A DNA stretch of 64,000 bases, taken from Mizuhopecten yessoensis (Eukaryota). The translations under genes and the position numbers were made by a program. The DNA lies in NCBI RefSeq assembly GCF_002113885.1, contig NW_018403513.1, positions 706,883 through 770,882 on the forward strand, written 5' to 3'. Below, piece after piece: positions 27,001 to 42,000 of this stretch. The notes beneath the pieces are model-generated. The model did no database searches, was not told the origin of the DNA, and worked only from the letters and a program-made list of their open reading frames with translations. How positions within the stretch are numbered: the first letter of the stretch is position 1; the number at the start of each line of letters is the position of its first letter.

Positions 27001-30000
27001 TTCTTACCATATCAGTTGATAAAGTATCACCCATTCTAACCATATCAGTTGAGATATCACCCATTCTAACCATATCAGTTGATATATCGCCCATTCTAAC
27101 CATATCAGTTGATGTATCCCCCATTCTTACCATATCAGTTGATATAGTATCACCCATTCTAACTATATCAGTTGATATATCACCCATTCTAACCATAGCA
27201 GTTGATCTATCACGCTTACTTAAATGTACCATATCAGTTGATATATCACCCAATCTAACCATATCAGTCGATATATTAACCAATCTAACCATATCAGTTG
27301 ATATATCACCCATTCTAACCATATCAGTTGATATATCACTCATTCGAACCATATAAGTTGATATATCACCCATTCTAACCATATCAGTTGATATATCACT
27401 CATTCGAACAATATAAGTTGATATATCACCCATTCTAACCATATCAGTTGATGTATCACCCATACTTACATTCGAGTGTGATGCCCATGAGCATCAATTA
27501 CTAACCATATCAGTGGATATATCACCCATTCTAACCATATAAGTTGATATATCACCCATTCTTAAAGCCCTGTCACACCTAGCCGCGTTGCCACTGCGAT
27601 TGCACAGCATTGTTAAATTTCCCAGAGCGCTGTGAGATCGCAGGAAAAATTGACATTTTTCATGAGGATGTCGATGTCACGGTGTTCTCACAGCGACCAT
27701 CGCGTTTCTACGGCGCTCCATGGTGTTCCACCGGGTTCCTACAGAGTTAATAGTTGGCGATTGTCTGCGCTCTCATGGCACTCTCACGGTGCTTCCACTG
27801 CGTGCATCGAGTTGTCACAGCGCCGTATAAGCGCGGTAGAGACGCAGCCTCATCTCAGAGAACGCCATACGATCGCTGTGCAAGCGCCACCGCTAACCAT
27901 TGCATTCGCACTGCGACCTCTACCAGAACAATAGTAATATAATATATGTATTTTGATGTTTTCAGGAGGGTATGACACAGAACAACAGTAATATAATATA
28001 TGTATTTTGATGTTTTCAGGAGGGTTAATATAATTCTATGACACAGAACAACAGTAATATAATATATGTATTTTGATGTTTTCAGGAGGCTATGTCACAA
28101 AACAAGATGAATGTATTACATTGGCACATCGTCGATGACCAGTCCTTCCCATATCAGAGCAAAGTCTACCCCGACCTCAGCGACAAGGTACGTACTGGAC
28201 TGACCATAACCTCAACTGACTAAAGTGGTCAGGCAGACCTGAACTGGCAATAGTGATAAATCTGTCTATTCACTAAAATGACCACAATATATACTAATCA
28301 CATTTTGCTAAGGATCGCTTTTATTTTTGGGCAAATGTGAAAATAAAAATATTTCATTTGGTTTATACCGAGATTATTTTTGAAAAGTTGATTGTTCTTT
28401 CAATTCAACAGCATGCAAAAATTCCAAAAATCGTAGCCACAGGAAAAGGGTTACCCTTGAAATTGGTAACAATGAGGTGTTCACTAAAAAACTTGAATTG
28501 AACAAAACTCATCCTAAATAAACAGAAACTGTTTTAGTATCGAGTGTGATGCCCATGAGCATCAATTACAGCTTCACAACGTCTGCGCATGCCCCAAATG
28601 AGATTGCGTATCCGGTTTTGTGTGATAGCGTTTCACTCTGAGCTACCAAAGGTGTTCCCAGGTCCTAGAGCGTTCTTGGCTGAACATTTCTGGCAGACAG
28701 AGCTGTCTGCAGCATGTCCCACACATGCTCGATGGGATTTAGATCCAGGGAGCGGGCTGGACAATCCATTTGTTGAATAGTCTCTTGCTGTAGATACTGC
28801 TCAGTCACCCTTGCTCTATATATATGTGGCCTAGCATTATCGTCCATAAGGATGAAGACAGGGCCGATAGCCCCAGGGTAGGGTCTGATGTAGGCATCAA
28901 AGATTTCATGGCAGTAAATAGAACCGGTTCCCATTCCTGAAGAGTCCAAGTGCTGTGAACTTGGGCCCAATCCAATCGGTCCCTAATATGGCAGGCAGTT
29001 AAGGGAACTCAAATTGCTGGTCTACATGACCTTAAACCAGCATCATGAGGACGGTTCCTAACTGTCTGAGTGGCTACCCGGGTACCAGAAGCATTTAGGA
29101 GGTCAATCCTTAAAGCTGTGGCAGTCTGGAACCTGTGACGCTGTGCCTGTATGAGCAAAAGTCAGTCTTGGCGCTGTGTTGTAGCCCTAAAATGACCTCC
29201 AGCATGACGTCTGGAAGGGTTTCCGTTAGTTTGAAAACAATTCCAGATCTTGCCACCACACTTTGAGACACCCCAAGGTCTAGCTGCTGCAACCTGACGT
29301 TGAGACATGCTAGCTTGCAGCATTCCGATGCCCCTATTCATTTCACCGTCATTTAACCGTTTTCTAGTTTGTCTTTGTGCCATATTAAAACAAAAACACA
29401 CAAAGAATCAAATTGATTTCCTTAACAATTTGAACAACGCCTTACTTACCCTAGCTTAGCTTTTGAAATGGGTGTACACATGGAAAAACGTGCACACGCT
29501 TTTATGGTTTACTGAACACACCCACACAGGATGATCTGGAAGGCTAACATATTCACCCTAAACAGTACGGAAGAAAAACATAATATCCTTTCTGACATTT
29601 TGATTTAATTTTTTCAAAATATAGGTGATCCATAGCAAAATGTCAGTAGTATAGATTGACAATAGGGCTGAGTTAGGCTCTAAATGGTTCTTTACTGCAA
29701 TTCTGGAACTTTTGATTTGAAATTTTTCTGATTGGGACAGTATCCATTAGTTTTCATTATAATTACAAAAGAAACAGTGAGTTGAGTCAATATTAATAGT
29801 CCAGGCAAATTTTAATACGAACATACACTTAGGGAAATTTCAGGGAACTTACAAAGAGTGACTCAACCATTAACTTGGATTATAACAGATGGATTTTCTT
29901 CATGTCGTCTTATTGACCTGCATTCATGTGCTGATAAATGATAAAAAGTTCTTGCGAATGGTAGCCGATGTTTTTCCATTATGTATTAATGTATCCCATC

Positions 30001-33000
30001 CCTTTCCCTTGTCTGACATGACATCGCTATGCATTGGTGAAGGCAATTACACCACATAGCCAGCACTGGTCTTTAAAATTCTACAAAAAGAAGAGACTTT
30101 AAACTCTAAAAAAAGTCAGTTAAAAAAGTTCTGAATTTGACAGAAGTCATGTTAGAAGTGTATGTGATTCAGGATATATAAAGAGCAATGACAAAAACAC
30201 AGTGGTAACATTTGGGGGGTGGGAGATCCAACGTCCATGCTAGGAGCTCAGCCAAGTACTGTGTTACCCAGCAGTGGTAAAGTTGTTTTATGTGTTAAAG
30301 TTCTGTAGTCAGAAACACAAGTGTTATAGTTACAAAATAAGGCTGGTATAATTGACAAGTATAATTTGGTTTATCCCATGATTGTCATGATATTCAGCGA
30401 ATACATCCACGACACATTTTTTGCGTGTTAATATAGGTAATAAGACCCACTGTGACATCATAAAATAATAATCAATAAGATAATCACAGATTTCCGGATT
30501 ATATTTTGACATCAAAATGGGAAAAAATTGATGTAGAGCCAAGATTTCTGAATATTACAGACTACAGGACTGACTTGGAAAAATGTCGATTTTTTTTCCA
30601 GAAATATTATTTCAGTGATGAAATCCTAACAATTTTTTTGTTTTAGCTCGGCAGAGGCTCACTTTAATGAAGAATTCATAAAACGCCTTTCATAAAAGTC
30701 ATGTCAAAAGAAAACTCCTGTAAACAAACAAGATGTTTTTCAATTGATTTTAAATATCCATGCTAAACTCTTTACTAGAAGTGTTGTATATATATAAAAG
30801 GAAAATCAAGCTCTCCAACTTAGTCCAGTCTCTGTGTTTGCTGTAACATCGAAGTCTGTGTACCATAAAAGCCATATTACTCCTGTTGCTATAGTAAATG
30901 ATAGATTTCCGGAGGATGCTGTGTATGTAAGAGGAGACATTTATATAAACTACAATATGATGCTATAATTGTAGGTGGTATGGGCTCGTTTATCAAAATA
31001 TTTTGTGGAGTTGTGCTGTCAAACAATGCATCGTGTACTTGGTGTTTCTGTGTACAAAAGTGATAGATTCCATTCAATTATCGTACTCGCCCGCATATAT
31101 GAATGTAAAACAGCAACAATTATCGCTGATGTTGGATCCATCTCCATTGTGTAATAAGACCACAGAGGGACTCTAATGGGCAGGCAACCAGAGATTCACA
31201 AGTACAATTAATGCCGTGGATGTTTGGTCATGTCCAAGTCGCGTCAGAGTGATCAATTTAGACTCCCGATTGACCTTGACAGGATTTTTGACCTTCAGAC
31301 TTGCTTCTAAAGCCTAATCAATAGCTATTTACTCATCCGTGCTTAAACCTTACATCAACTGACTCGGGTAATTGAAATCAGTACTAGTTCTACGGCAACG
31401 TTTCACAGTCGGCTGGTAGATTGTTTACATATGTAGCTCTGGGTCTGTCATTCTGTAATGTTTACCTATGTAGCTCTGGTCTGTCATTCTGTAATGTTTA
31501 CCTATGTAGCTCTGTGTCTGTCATTCTGTAATGTTTACCTATGTAGCTGTGGGTCTGTCATTCTGTGATGTTTACCTATGTAGCTCTGGGTCTGTCATTC
31601 CGTAATGTTTACCTATGTAGCTCTGGGTCTTTCATTCTGTAATGTTTACCTATGTAGCTCTGGGGCTGTCATTCTGTAATGTTTACCTATGTAGCTATGG
31701 GTCTGTCATTCTGTAATGTTTCCCTATGTAGCTCTGGGTCTGTCATTCTGTTATGTTTTCCTATGTAGCTCTGGGTCTGTCATTCTGTTATGTTTTCCTA
31801 TGTAGCTCTGGGTCTGTCATCCTGTAACGTTTACCTATGTAGCTCTGGGTCTGTCATCCTGTAATGATTACATATGTAGCTCTGGGTCTGTCATTCTGTA
31901 ATGCTTACCTTTGTAGCTCTGGGTCTGTCATTCTGTAATGCTTACCTTTGTAGCTCTGGGTCTGTCATTCTGTAATGCTTACCTTTGTAGCTCTGGGTCT
32001 GTCATTCTGTAATGACTACCTATGTAGCTCTGGGTCTGTCATTCTGTTATGTTTTCCTATGTAGCTCTGGGTCTGTCATCCTGTAATGATTACATATGTA
32101 GCTCTGGGTCTGTCATTCTGTAATGACTACCTATGTAGCTCTGGGTCTGTCATTCTGTGATGATTACCTATGTAGCTCTGGGTCTGTCATTTTGTAATGT
32201 TTACCTATGTAGCTCTGGGTCTTTCATTCTGTAATGTTTACCTATGTAGCTCTGGTCTGTCATTCTGTAATGTTTACCTATGTCGCTCTGGGTCTGTCAT
32301 TCTGTAATGATTTCCTATGTAGCTCTGGGTCTGTCATTCTGTGATGATTACCTATGTAGCTCTGGGTCTGTCATTCTGTTATGTTTTCCTATGTAGCTCT
32401 GGGTCTGTCATTCTGTTATGTTTACCTATGTAGCTCTGGGTCTGTCAGTCTGTAATGTTTACCTATGTAGCTCTGGGTATGTCATTCTGTAATGTTTACC
32501 TATGTAGCTATGGGTCTGTCATTCTGTAATGTTTCCCTATGTAGCTCTGGGTCTGTCATTCTGTATTGTTTACCTATGTAGCTCTGGGTCTGTCATTTTG
32601 TAATGTTTACCTATGTAGCTCTGGGTCTGCCATTCTGTAATGTTTACCTATGTAGCTCTGTGTCTGTCATTCTTTAATGTTTACCTATGTAGCTCTGGGT
32701 CTGCCATTCTGTAATGTTTACCTATGTAGCTCTGGTCTGTCATTCTGTAATGTTTACCTATGTAGCTCTGGGTCTGTCATTCTGTAATGATTTGTTTTTC
32801 ATTTCTTGTATCTGTAGTAGATACTGCTTTCATTGATGTTTCAAGCCGACACAGAATGTTTAAAATGATGACAAATTAACCATTTATTTACTCAATAAAA
32901 ACAAATTAGTATGGCCGAACGCGTGTATTCCTTGTGGAATCTGTCTGCACGGTAACACAGACCTTTGCAGAACTCTTTGCACAGACGTTGGATATCCCAC

Positions 33001-36000
33001 TCCCGTATATTATAGAATTGTGCTTTTAACAATGGCATAATAAAAAGCATCTCCTAGCTGGAAATTGCAATTATTTGAAAAACAAAACTAAAAAACAAAG
33101 AAACAAAATTTTGATAATTAATTAAATATGTCGAAAACTTGTAATGATGGAATATGTAGTGCTTAATTGGATATTTTTTTAACGATCAGTGGGGACTTAT
33201 GGAAGGCATCTGCTTGAAAAGCATATAATTATACATAAACAAAATTTTGTCCATTTAAAAGCATTATTTGAGTTTCATGAACTTAAATAATTTATTCCCG
33301 AACGTTTGTAAAACTGGAGCCAGGTGAGAGAAATCATACAAATTTGACATCGTTAAAATATACACTTTTCTCTCTCTTGTGTCAAAGTTGTCATTGCAAT
33401 TAACAGAAGATGATTTTGTTGTTAGTTAAACGTGTAACTTTTCTTTCCCACCTTCCTATTGAATATTGTAACAGATGATTAATTGGCTGTCACTTGGGTC
33501 AATGACCATGTGGTAGGAGAAATAAAGTAACACTAAACTGTTTCTCTCCAATTTTTCAGGGAGCGTACCATCCTACTTTTGTCTACACTCATGAAGACCT
33601 GGATGAGATAATTGAGTATGGTAGGATGCGTGGGATCCGGATCATGCCCGAGTTTGACACACCAGGTGAGTACAATACAAATAAGGCAAGAGTTTCTAAG
33701 ATTCTATGAATGTCCAATTCAGGTGATAGGCTTGGAGAAGTTATCCAGATCTGACCTGTACTGTTTGTTCTTTAGACAATTGGACTCAATGTCGTATAAA
33801 AGGAGGTTGTTGCTGTTCCCCCCCCCCCCACCCCTGGGGCAGAAAGGTGTGGCCTATTTAGGTGAGGTAAATGTTAAAAACTTTCTCCTTCCTCCTTCTG
33901 TATGGATTAAAGCATTTCTACCAGATTCAATCTGGAGCATCCTTGGATCGAGTGGGCTCACTGATGTGTAAAGGAAGGTGTGCCATCTCTATTTGACCTT
34001 TGACATTGACCTCAATTACTAAAACATGTAATACATGTTTCGTAAGCACTTTGCACATAGGCACAGGAATTTGGTGTGTCGTGTACTAAAATGAGGTCAC
34101 ATTGACTTCTTTTTGACATTTGACCTGGACCCCAAGTACTAGAATAAAGTGTTACCCAGATTTCTATATCATACCTTGGCTTCTGTTTCATTATGGACTT
34201 CAGACTTACTGTAAAGGTACTTAATGGTCAAGCAATATGTCTCGTAATAAAATTGTGAAATCAATATGACTTCAACTTGATGTGGAGGTACATCATTGTC
34301 AGGTGGTGTGTCATGGAATGTAATGAGGTTTATAAGGTCATTGAGCAAGTATTTGACCTTGGTCTCAAGTACCAAATATTTTAAATGCAGCATAACATAG
34401 CTTTCAGGAAGTTTATAACTTTGGAAATATTCCGTTTGTAGGAAATGTTGAATAAATATGTTAGTTTAGATCTAATATAATGTGTAATCAATCTATCATC
34501 ACATCAACAATACCATATAGAAACAGATATGTTGGGTGCAGGGGTTTCCGTGAAGCCAGTGCTTCAAGGTAAATCTAGTTTGTTATGTTGTGAGAAAATA
34601 GTATCAAACCGTATTACAGGGTAGGAATTCAATGTTTTCTCCTGAATAAAACTTTTGTACAAAATGTTCAGCTAATGAGAACCAGGTGCATGGTAGCACT
34701 AGTACTCTGAATGGTCTTCCGCAAAATAAATACCTGGATTGAAATGAAACTGTATGACAGGTATCATTATAGTTATGTAATGTTGTCTGATAATCTATTC
34801 ACAACTTGCTGTACGCATTTCACCTAATATTCTGGCGCCAGGTGCAGGTAAATGACAAGGGTTGATTTTGTTATTCAGAACACATTGTTCCTCAAACAAT
34901 AGACCTTAGGTTTGAATTATTTTTCCCATCAGAGCAGAGACACAGAGGTTCCACAACGAGTGGTGGTTGGTTATCGTGTTTATGTAACATGAGTAAGTTA
35001 TTGAATTAATTTTAATTAGAGTTTGATAAACATGATAATCAACTTACTATCATGAGTTTAGGGATGGTTTTCTCCCAAAATGTTCAGGTATTATATCTAG
35101 ACAGGTATTATATCTAGACAGGTGTTATATCTAGACAGGTATTATATCTATAGACAGACAGGTATTATATCTAGACAGGTATTATATCCAGAAAACTGTG
35201 TGTTTCTCTTGGGAATACGATATTCCTGTTTTCTTTCAGAGAAACAATTGCTATAATCAATGACATCACAATGGAAGATGAGGTTGAAAACCATTGTCAC
35301 TAAGTGACATCATAAGATTGGCCAATGAAATAAGTTCCAAGTGTTTTTTAAATTCCGAAAATTTCAAATCAGGAAAGGAGAAAATTCAAAAAGATTTTGT
35401 CAGTATTCAAGTTATTGTTTCAAAATCCCTGGGGATTTTCTCATTATGTAAAACACGTATTTTAATGAATACTCCATTTACCTTAATATTTTCACCAATA
35501 CAAAAGCGTAAACGTTCTGAACTGTTTAAGATAACGACACCACTGATGATAAGAGTCACATGAATGTCTGTCTAGATTCTCAGTCCTGGTTGATATGTAC
35601 AGCTAAGTTTATGCAAACAGTTCTTATTTCTGTTTGTATAGGGTTTATAATGTAAGAGTTGGTCAGTTTTAGTTGGCTGAATCTGTTGTTGCCTTTTAAC
35701 ACTTCCTGTAATGCATATCATTTTGTGGTAACTCTCCAAAGCCATTTTTATCATGGATCACTTTTATGTAAAATTCTTCATATTTTATCAATATTTTTGA
35801 CTACATTACATTCTATTGAATGAATGAATTATTTATTTCAAGAGTCACAAATCAGTTAAGAAATGCTAAATGACAAAAGGTTCTCTGATATAGTAATTCA
35901 TACCTTTAGTTTTATCAAACTGGTGCACAACTCAGGAAAATCCCCAGTAAATGGTGTCTATAGGAAAATGGTACTTAGGAGTTAATGATAAATGCTTGAG

Positions 36001-39000
36001 GCGGAAGTAGTATGGCCAGCTAAAACCCAGTGGACGTTTCACTCGGCCATATGACTGCATTTCCTCGTCATGTGGATAGACAATATTGATACATAAAAAG
36101 GGCTTTAAATCTTAAATGAGATACCCGACCCATTATGTGAAGATGTATATATATATACACATATAAGGTCTACTGACATGGAAACCTATCATCATTACAC
36201 AATCATAAAGAAATTTGTGACAAGATTATAAAAAAATAATAATCCCAAAACTGTCCCTTTAATAGAAGTTCCATACAATATCACTTAGTACTGTATTGCG
36301 GTTTAAATTTGCGGGGTCAATAATTTGCAGTTTCGTATTCAGTACATATTCGCGGGGGTTACATTTTGCTGTGCACCCAAATCCCATGTGTCATGCAACG
36401 TACTTGAGTGTCATCATTTAAGGGTTAAATCTCAAATTACAAGTAAACCGTTTGAAAACACTGATCCCGATTGTTGTCATCCGCTAGTGACTTCACTCAA
36501 AAGAAAATCAAATGTGTATGTACCTTTGTAGGAGTGGTGATAATCTTATTTGAGTTCATTTAAGCTTACATAACAGCGTTGGGTTATAAGTATTTTCAAC
36601 ATGTTGTGATAAGGTCCGTAAAAGTGGTTAACATTTTTGATAATTTCCCTGATGTTTAGCATTCACAGATATTAGTCAAAGCTTGAATATAGGGAAAATT
36701 ATAACCTCCCGCGATATGTAACCGCTATACAGTAGACAATTTTTGGATGAAGATGGTCCTGTATTCATGTTTAAACTGTGACTATGTACATGTTTTATAT
36801 TTTTCATTGTATAAAACTAGCTATAACTTCTGAAATATCTGTCAAATTCTGACCAGGGGTCAACTCCACAAAGAGTAATATAAGAGAAATGTCTCAGTCA
36901 ATCCATGGTAAATCTGAAATGTGTTTTTAAACGAAAAAGTCAAACACCTGCAACACAGGATATATGGAGAATTTTATAAATTGCTAGCGGACAACTGGAG
37001 GGAAGTATGGTGCTGGAATTTTCATATCGAGTTACATCATTATTGGATTACAAGCTAGCATATGTCTTCATTAGACTGAGGGACACAGACAAGGCAACAG
37101 TCCCGGTCAGTCCTATCTTGATACCATCCAGAAATTATTGCTTTTCTGTATGTTATCAACGTAATGATATACAATTTTTTTCAAATGGAAATATTCGATG
37201 TACATCTAAGTGAGGCAGAAGTAAAAAAAAATACAAAAAAAATCGTTAAAAAAGTGTCTATATTTTTCCATGTTTCCTGCATCAGACTTTAAAAGTTGAT
37301 TTTTTTTTCAATCATTATTTCCCATGAAAGTCATACAATTCTGAAGGAGATAAATAAATAAATGCTTGGCTTCACTTTATTGGAACCTGAATTTACTCAA
37401 TACTTTTGCATGTAAAAATGTATTTATGTTGAGGGAAAGTAGATAATAAATTGTGTTTTGTGAGAAAATGATTTTCAGAGTCAATGGGATAAATAGCATA
37501 GGTATGACTGATAGTAATGATTGACAGATCACCAGTAGTCACAAGAAAGTGCATTGTTCTTTTATAATGGAGACTTGAACCTGTATAACCTGTCCTTGAC
37601 AGTTTGTTTGTTCAGACATATGTTACACTTATTACTGGTGAATGTCATAGTAATTAAATTAAGGGTCATACAAAAACCCAATGTGGCAAAGTTAGGAAAA
37701 ATTTCAACATACACAATTGCATGATAGTTTTAGGGGGGACTTCTTTGTATGACAAAGTCAGGGACAAACACAGTGCATGACAATGTTTGAAAGACACAGG
37801 GGCATTACAACTTAAGTTCTGACAAGGTAGGGGCAAACTCAATGTTTGAAAGACACAGGGGCATTTCAACTCATGGTCTGACAAGGTAAGGGTAAACTCA
37901 ATGTTTGAAAGACACAGGGGCATTACAACTCATGGTCTGACAAGGTAAGGGTAAACTCAATGTTTGAAAGACACAGGGGCATTACAACTTAAGGTGTGAC
38001 AAGGTAGGGGCAAACTCAATGTTTGAAAGACACAGGGGCATTACAACTCATGGTCTGACAAGGTATGGGTAAACTCAATGTTTGAAAGACACGGGGGCAT
38101 TACAACTCATGGTCTGACAAGGTAGGGGCAAACTCAATCTTTGAAAGACATATGCAGGGGCATTAACTCAAGGTAGGGGCAACCGTATGGAGAAACTGTG
38201 CCTGACAGAAACAGGGACAAACTTCATGTTTGATAGAAAATGGGTATTACAGCTAAAAGTCTGACAAAGAAAGTCGATGTCTGACAAAGAGGTTGGGAAA
38301 AACTTGATGAAAGAGAGATTTTGATGTCTTACAAAAATAGGGACAATTATGCTCAAGGTCTGCTGACTGCAGGGAAAAACAATGTCTGGCAGGGAAAAAC
38401 AATGTCTGACAGAGTCAGGAAAACTACATGTCTTTGGAAAGATGGAGAAAACTTGTTATCTGACAAAATAGGAATATTGAATAATAATTCTGAGCTTGGA
38501 AAGAGCTAGTTAGGGACAAACTCTGTGTCTAGCAGTGGTAGGGACTAATTGAACCTCTGACTGTAGAAAAATACACATTGTCAGGACGACTAAGGTCAGG
38601 ACGACTAAGGAAAGTACTTGGAATGTTTGAAAGTAAATTGAGCACTATTTCAGAAACAACATGGATATCTATACTAATTCTACATTGTCTTTCAATGTGG
38701 TGTTATAAGTTCCCTAATTCAAAACCATGTTCAGTTTTGTAGTTTTACAAAGAGAAAGAAAAATGACGACATTGATGATGTTGTCTTCAGATCTTGTTAG
38801 TGAGCGCCTAGCAACGAACTAAGTATAGCTTATGGTTATGTCTGTCCCTTTACTTCTGGTTGGTAATGAATCATTGTTACAGTTTCTAGAGCTATTTACC
38901 GAGGTTGTTCGCACTGCAATGTTTGTGCTATGTTGGGTAGTATTATCTGATTAGTGCCTGTGTTTACAGTAACTATCCTTCTGAAAGCCACCTCAGAACA

Positions 39001-42000
39001 AAACAACAATTGAACATGTTCAACTTTTTGTTGAAATGTCAGAACCTTTTCTTTTCCACTATGTGTTCAAAAGTCACTTGTCTGTTGACTTGGAGGTATT
39101 TCACAGTTGTAGCATTTCATCAAAGATGTGGGATGTAACACTCCTTGTGAAGTTGTGCACATTTGATTTTTTTCTCCTGAATAATGTAACATTACGGGCC
39201 GAAGGTAGTCTGGCTGACTGAACCTGCCGTGACCCACGCGTCGTCGCTGGACAGTTTACACAGGCTAATTGTACTTAAATTGGCAATCTAACCGGATCCT
39301 TCCTCAATTCTTTTACAAAACCTTTCACCCCAATGACGTACAAGTTAACTTGTTATTCACATAACCCTAGTCCGCCCCGTGTTGTGCATTACGTCCGGTA
39401 CTTAGCAGATGTCACAAGAGACACAACACAAAGGATCAGGATTTAACCTTTTTACTGAGTAAAGGAACCTAATGTGTCACATTGCCGGCTTATATTGCAA
39501 TGCTATCATTTCAGAAACGTGACTTCTCAGATCTAAGGATCAGTCGTCTGCCGGTTCATGCACCTAGTAAAAACATTTTTTTCTATTTGTGCAGTATTTT
39601 TAGACAAGTTATCATAAAGAACTGTCAGTAGGGCAAATCAACTTTTAAAGTTCTGGTTTTGACCTGGTTAAGTTCACTTTTACAAAAACATGTGTATAAT
39701 AATGTACAAAAAATGGTATTTTTTAGTTGTAATTCTTCTTGTTTTCAAAAAGAAATAAAAATTTGCGAAAATTCAAGAGCGAATGCATATTCTAACTCAA
39801 ATCCCATATTCTGATGCTGATTCAGTAAAGTCAGTTGGATTGAAGGTGTGAAGATCTGTTGGATACAGATATTTAAAATGGTGGTCTGTTGTTTAGAGAA
39901 GATCTCTTCTTCCCTTGATAACTTGATAATGCACCATTGTCAAATAGTGAATTGATCAAAGTGGTATAGCTTTTAACTATATAGCGGATCCTCAAAATAA
40001 CAAGTAAGTAGCTAAAATATCTTAAATCTATGTTACATTTACAAACATATTTCATTTTAAAAGAATTGCGTCAACAACAAAACAAAAACGTAAACAGAAT
40101 TTACTTTCTCAATTTGGACCGAAACTTGAATTTTTAGCACCATATTGGAATTTGATAGTATTACATCACAGCTCCAGTGTCACCAGTGGGCAGGTGTGAC
40201 CACTTCTCCAGTGTCACCAGTGGGCAGGTGTCACCAAAGCTCCAGTGTCACCACAGCTCCAGTGTCACCAATCGGGCAGGTGTCACCACAGCTTCAGTGT
40301 CACCAATCGGGCAGGTGTCACCACAGCCCCAGTGTCACCAATCGGGCAGGTGTCACCTCAGCTCCAGTCTCACCATTGGGGTCGGTGTCACCACAGCTCC
40401 AGGGTCCCCAATCGGGCAGGTGTCACCACAGCTCCAGAGTCACCATTGAGCAGGTGTCACCACAGCTCCAGTGTCCCCATTGGGGTCGGTGTCACCACAG
40501 CTCCAGGGTCCCCAATCGGGCAGGTGTCACCACAGCTCCAGTGTCGCCAATCGGGCAGGTGTCACCACAGCTCCAGGGTCACCAATCGGGCAGGTGTCAC
40601 CACAGCGCCAGTGTCACCAATCGAGCAGGTGTCACCACAGCTCCAGTGTCACCGTTGGGCAGGTGCCACAACAGCTCCAGTGTCACCAATCGGGCAGGTC
40701 TCACCACAGCTCCAGTCTCACCATTGGGGCCGGTGTCACCACAGCTCCAGTGTCACCAATGGTCAGGTGTCACCACAGCTCCAGTGTCACCATTGAGGAA
40801 GGTGTCACCACAGCTCCAGTGTCCCCAATCAGGCAGGTGTCACCACAGCTCCAGTGACACCATTGGGGCCGGTGTCACCACAGCTCCAGTGTCACCAATT
40901 GGGCAGGTGTCACCACAGCTCCAGTGTTCCGTGGGCAGGTGTCACCAAAGCTCCAGTGTCACCACAGCTCCAGTGTCACCAATAGGGCAGGTGTCACCAC
41001 AGCTCCAGTGACACCATTGGGGAAGGTGTCACCACAGCTCCAGTGTCCCCAATTGTGCAGGTGTCACCACAGCTCCAGTGTCACCAGTGGTCGGGTGTCA
41101 CCACAGCTCCAGTGTCACCAATGGGGCAGGTGTCACCACAGCTCCAGTCTCACCAATGGGGCAGGTGTCACCACAGCTCCAGTCTCACAATTGGGGTCGG
41201 TGGCACCACAGCTCCAGTTTCCCCAATCGGGCAGGTGTCACCACAGCTCCAGGGTCACCAATCGGGCAGGTGTCACCACAGCTCCAGTCCCACCATTGGG
41301 GTCGGTGTCACCACAGCTCCAGTGTCACCAATGGTCAGGTGTCACCACAGCTCCAGTGTCACCACTTGGGGCGGTGTCACCACAGCTCCAGTGTCCCCAA
41401 TCAGGCAGGTGTCACCACAGCTCCAGTGTCACCAATCGGGCAGGTGTCACCACAGCTCCAGTCTCACCATTGGGGTCGGTGTCACCACAGCTCCAGTGTC
41501 CCCAATCGGGCAGGTGTCACCACAGCTCCAGCGTCACCATTGGGGAAGGTGTCACCACAGCTCCAGGGTCCCCAATCGGGCAGGTGTCACCACAGCTTCA
41601 GTGTCGCCAATCGGGCAGGTGTCACCACAGCTCCAGTGTCCCCAATTGGGCAGGTGTCACCACAGCTCCAGTGTTCCCAATCCGGCAGGTGTCACCACAG
41701 CTCCAGTGTCACCAATTGGGCAGGTGTCACTACAGCTCCTGTGTCCCCAATCGGGAAGGTGTCACCACAGCTCCAGTGTTCCCAATCCGGCAGGTGTCAC
41801 CACAGCTCCAGTGTCACCAATCGGGCAGGTGTCACTACAGCTCCGGTGTCCCCAATCGGGAAGGTGTCACCACAGCTCCAGTGTCACCAATTGGGCAGGT
41901 GTCACCACAGCCCCAGTGTCACCAATCGGGCAGGTGTCACCACAGCTTCAGTGTCACCAATCGGGCAGGTGTCACGACAGCTCCGGTGTCCCCAATCGGG

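Noticed and set aside
25179-27463. Long minus-strand ORFs ([10 protein letters not shown])n up to 428 aa
   Set aside because: Translation of a 30-bp minisatellite inside intron 4; frames break at indels; no unique coding flanks or splice evidence
27400-27562. CRISPR-like repeat-spacer arrangement
   Set aside because: Eukaryotic intron, head-to-tail repeats with only one foreign insert, no cas genes
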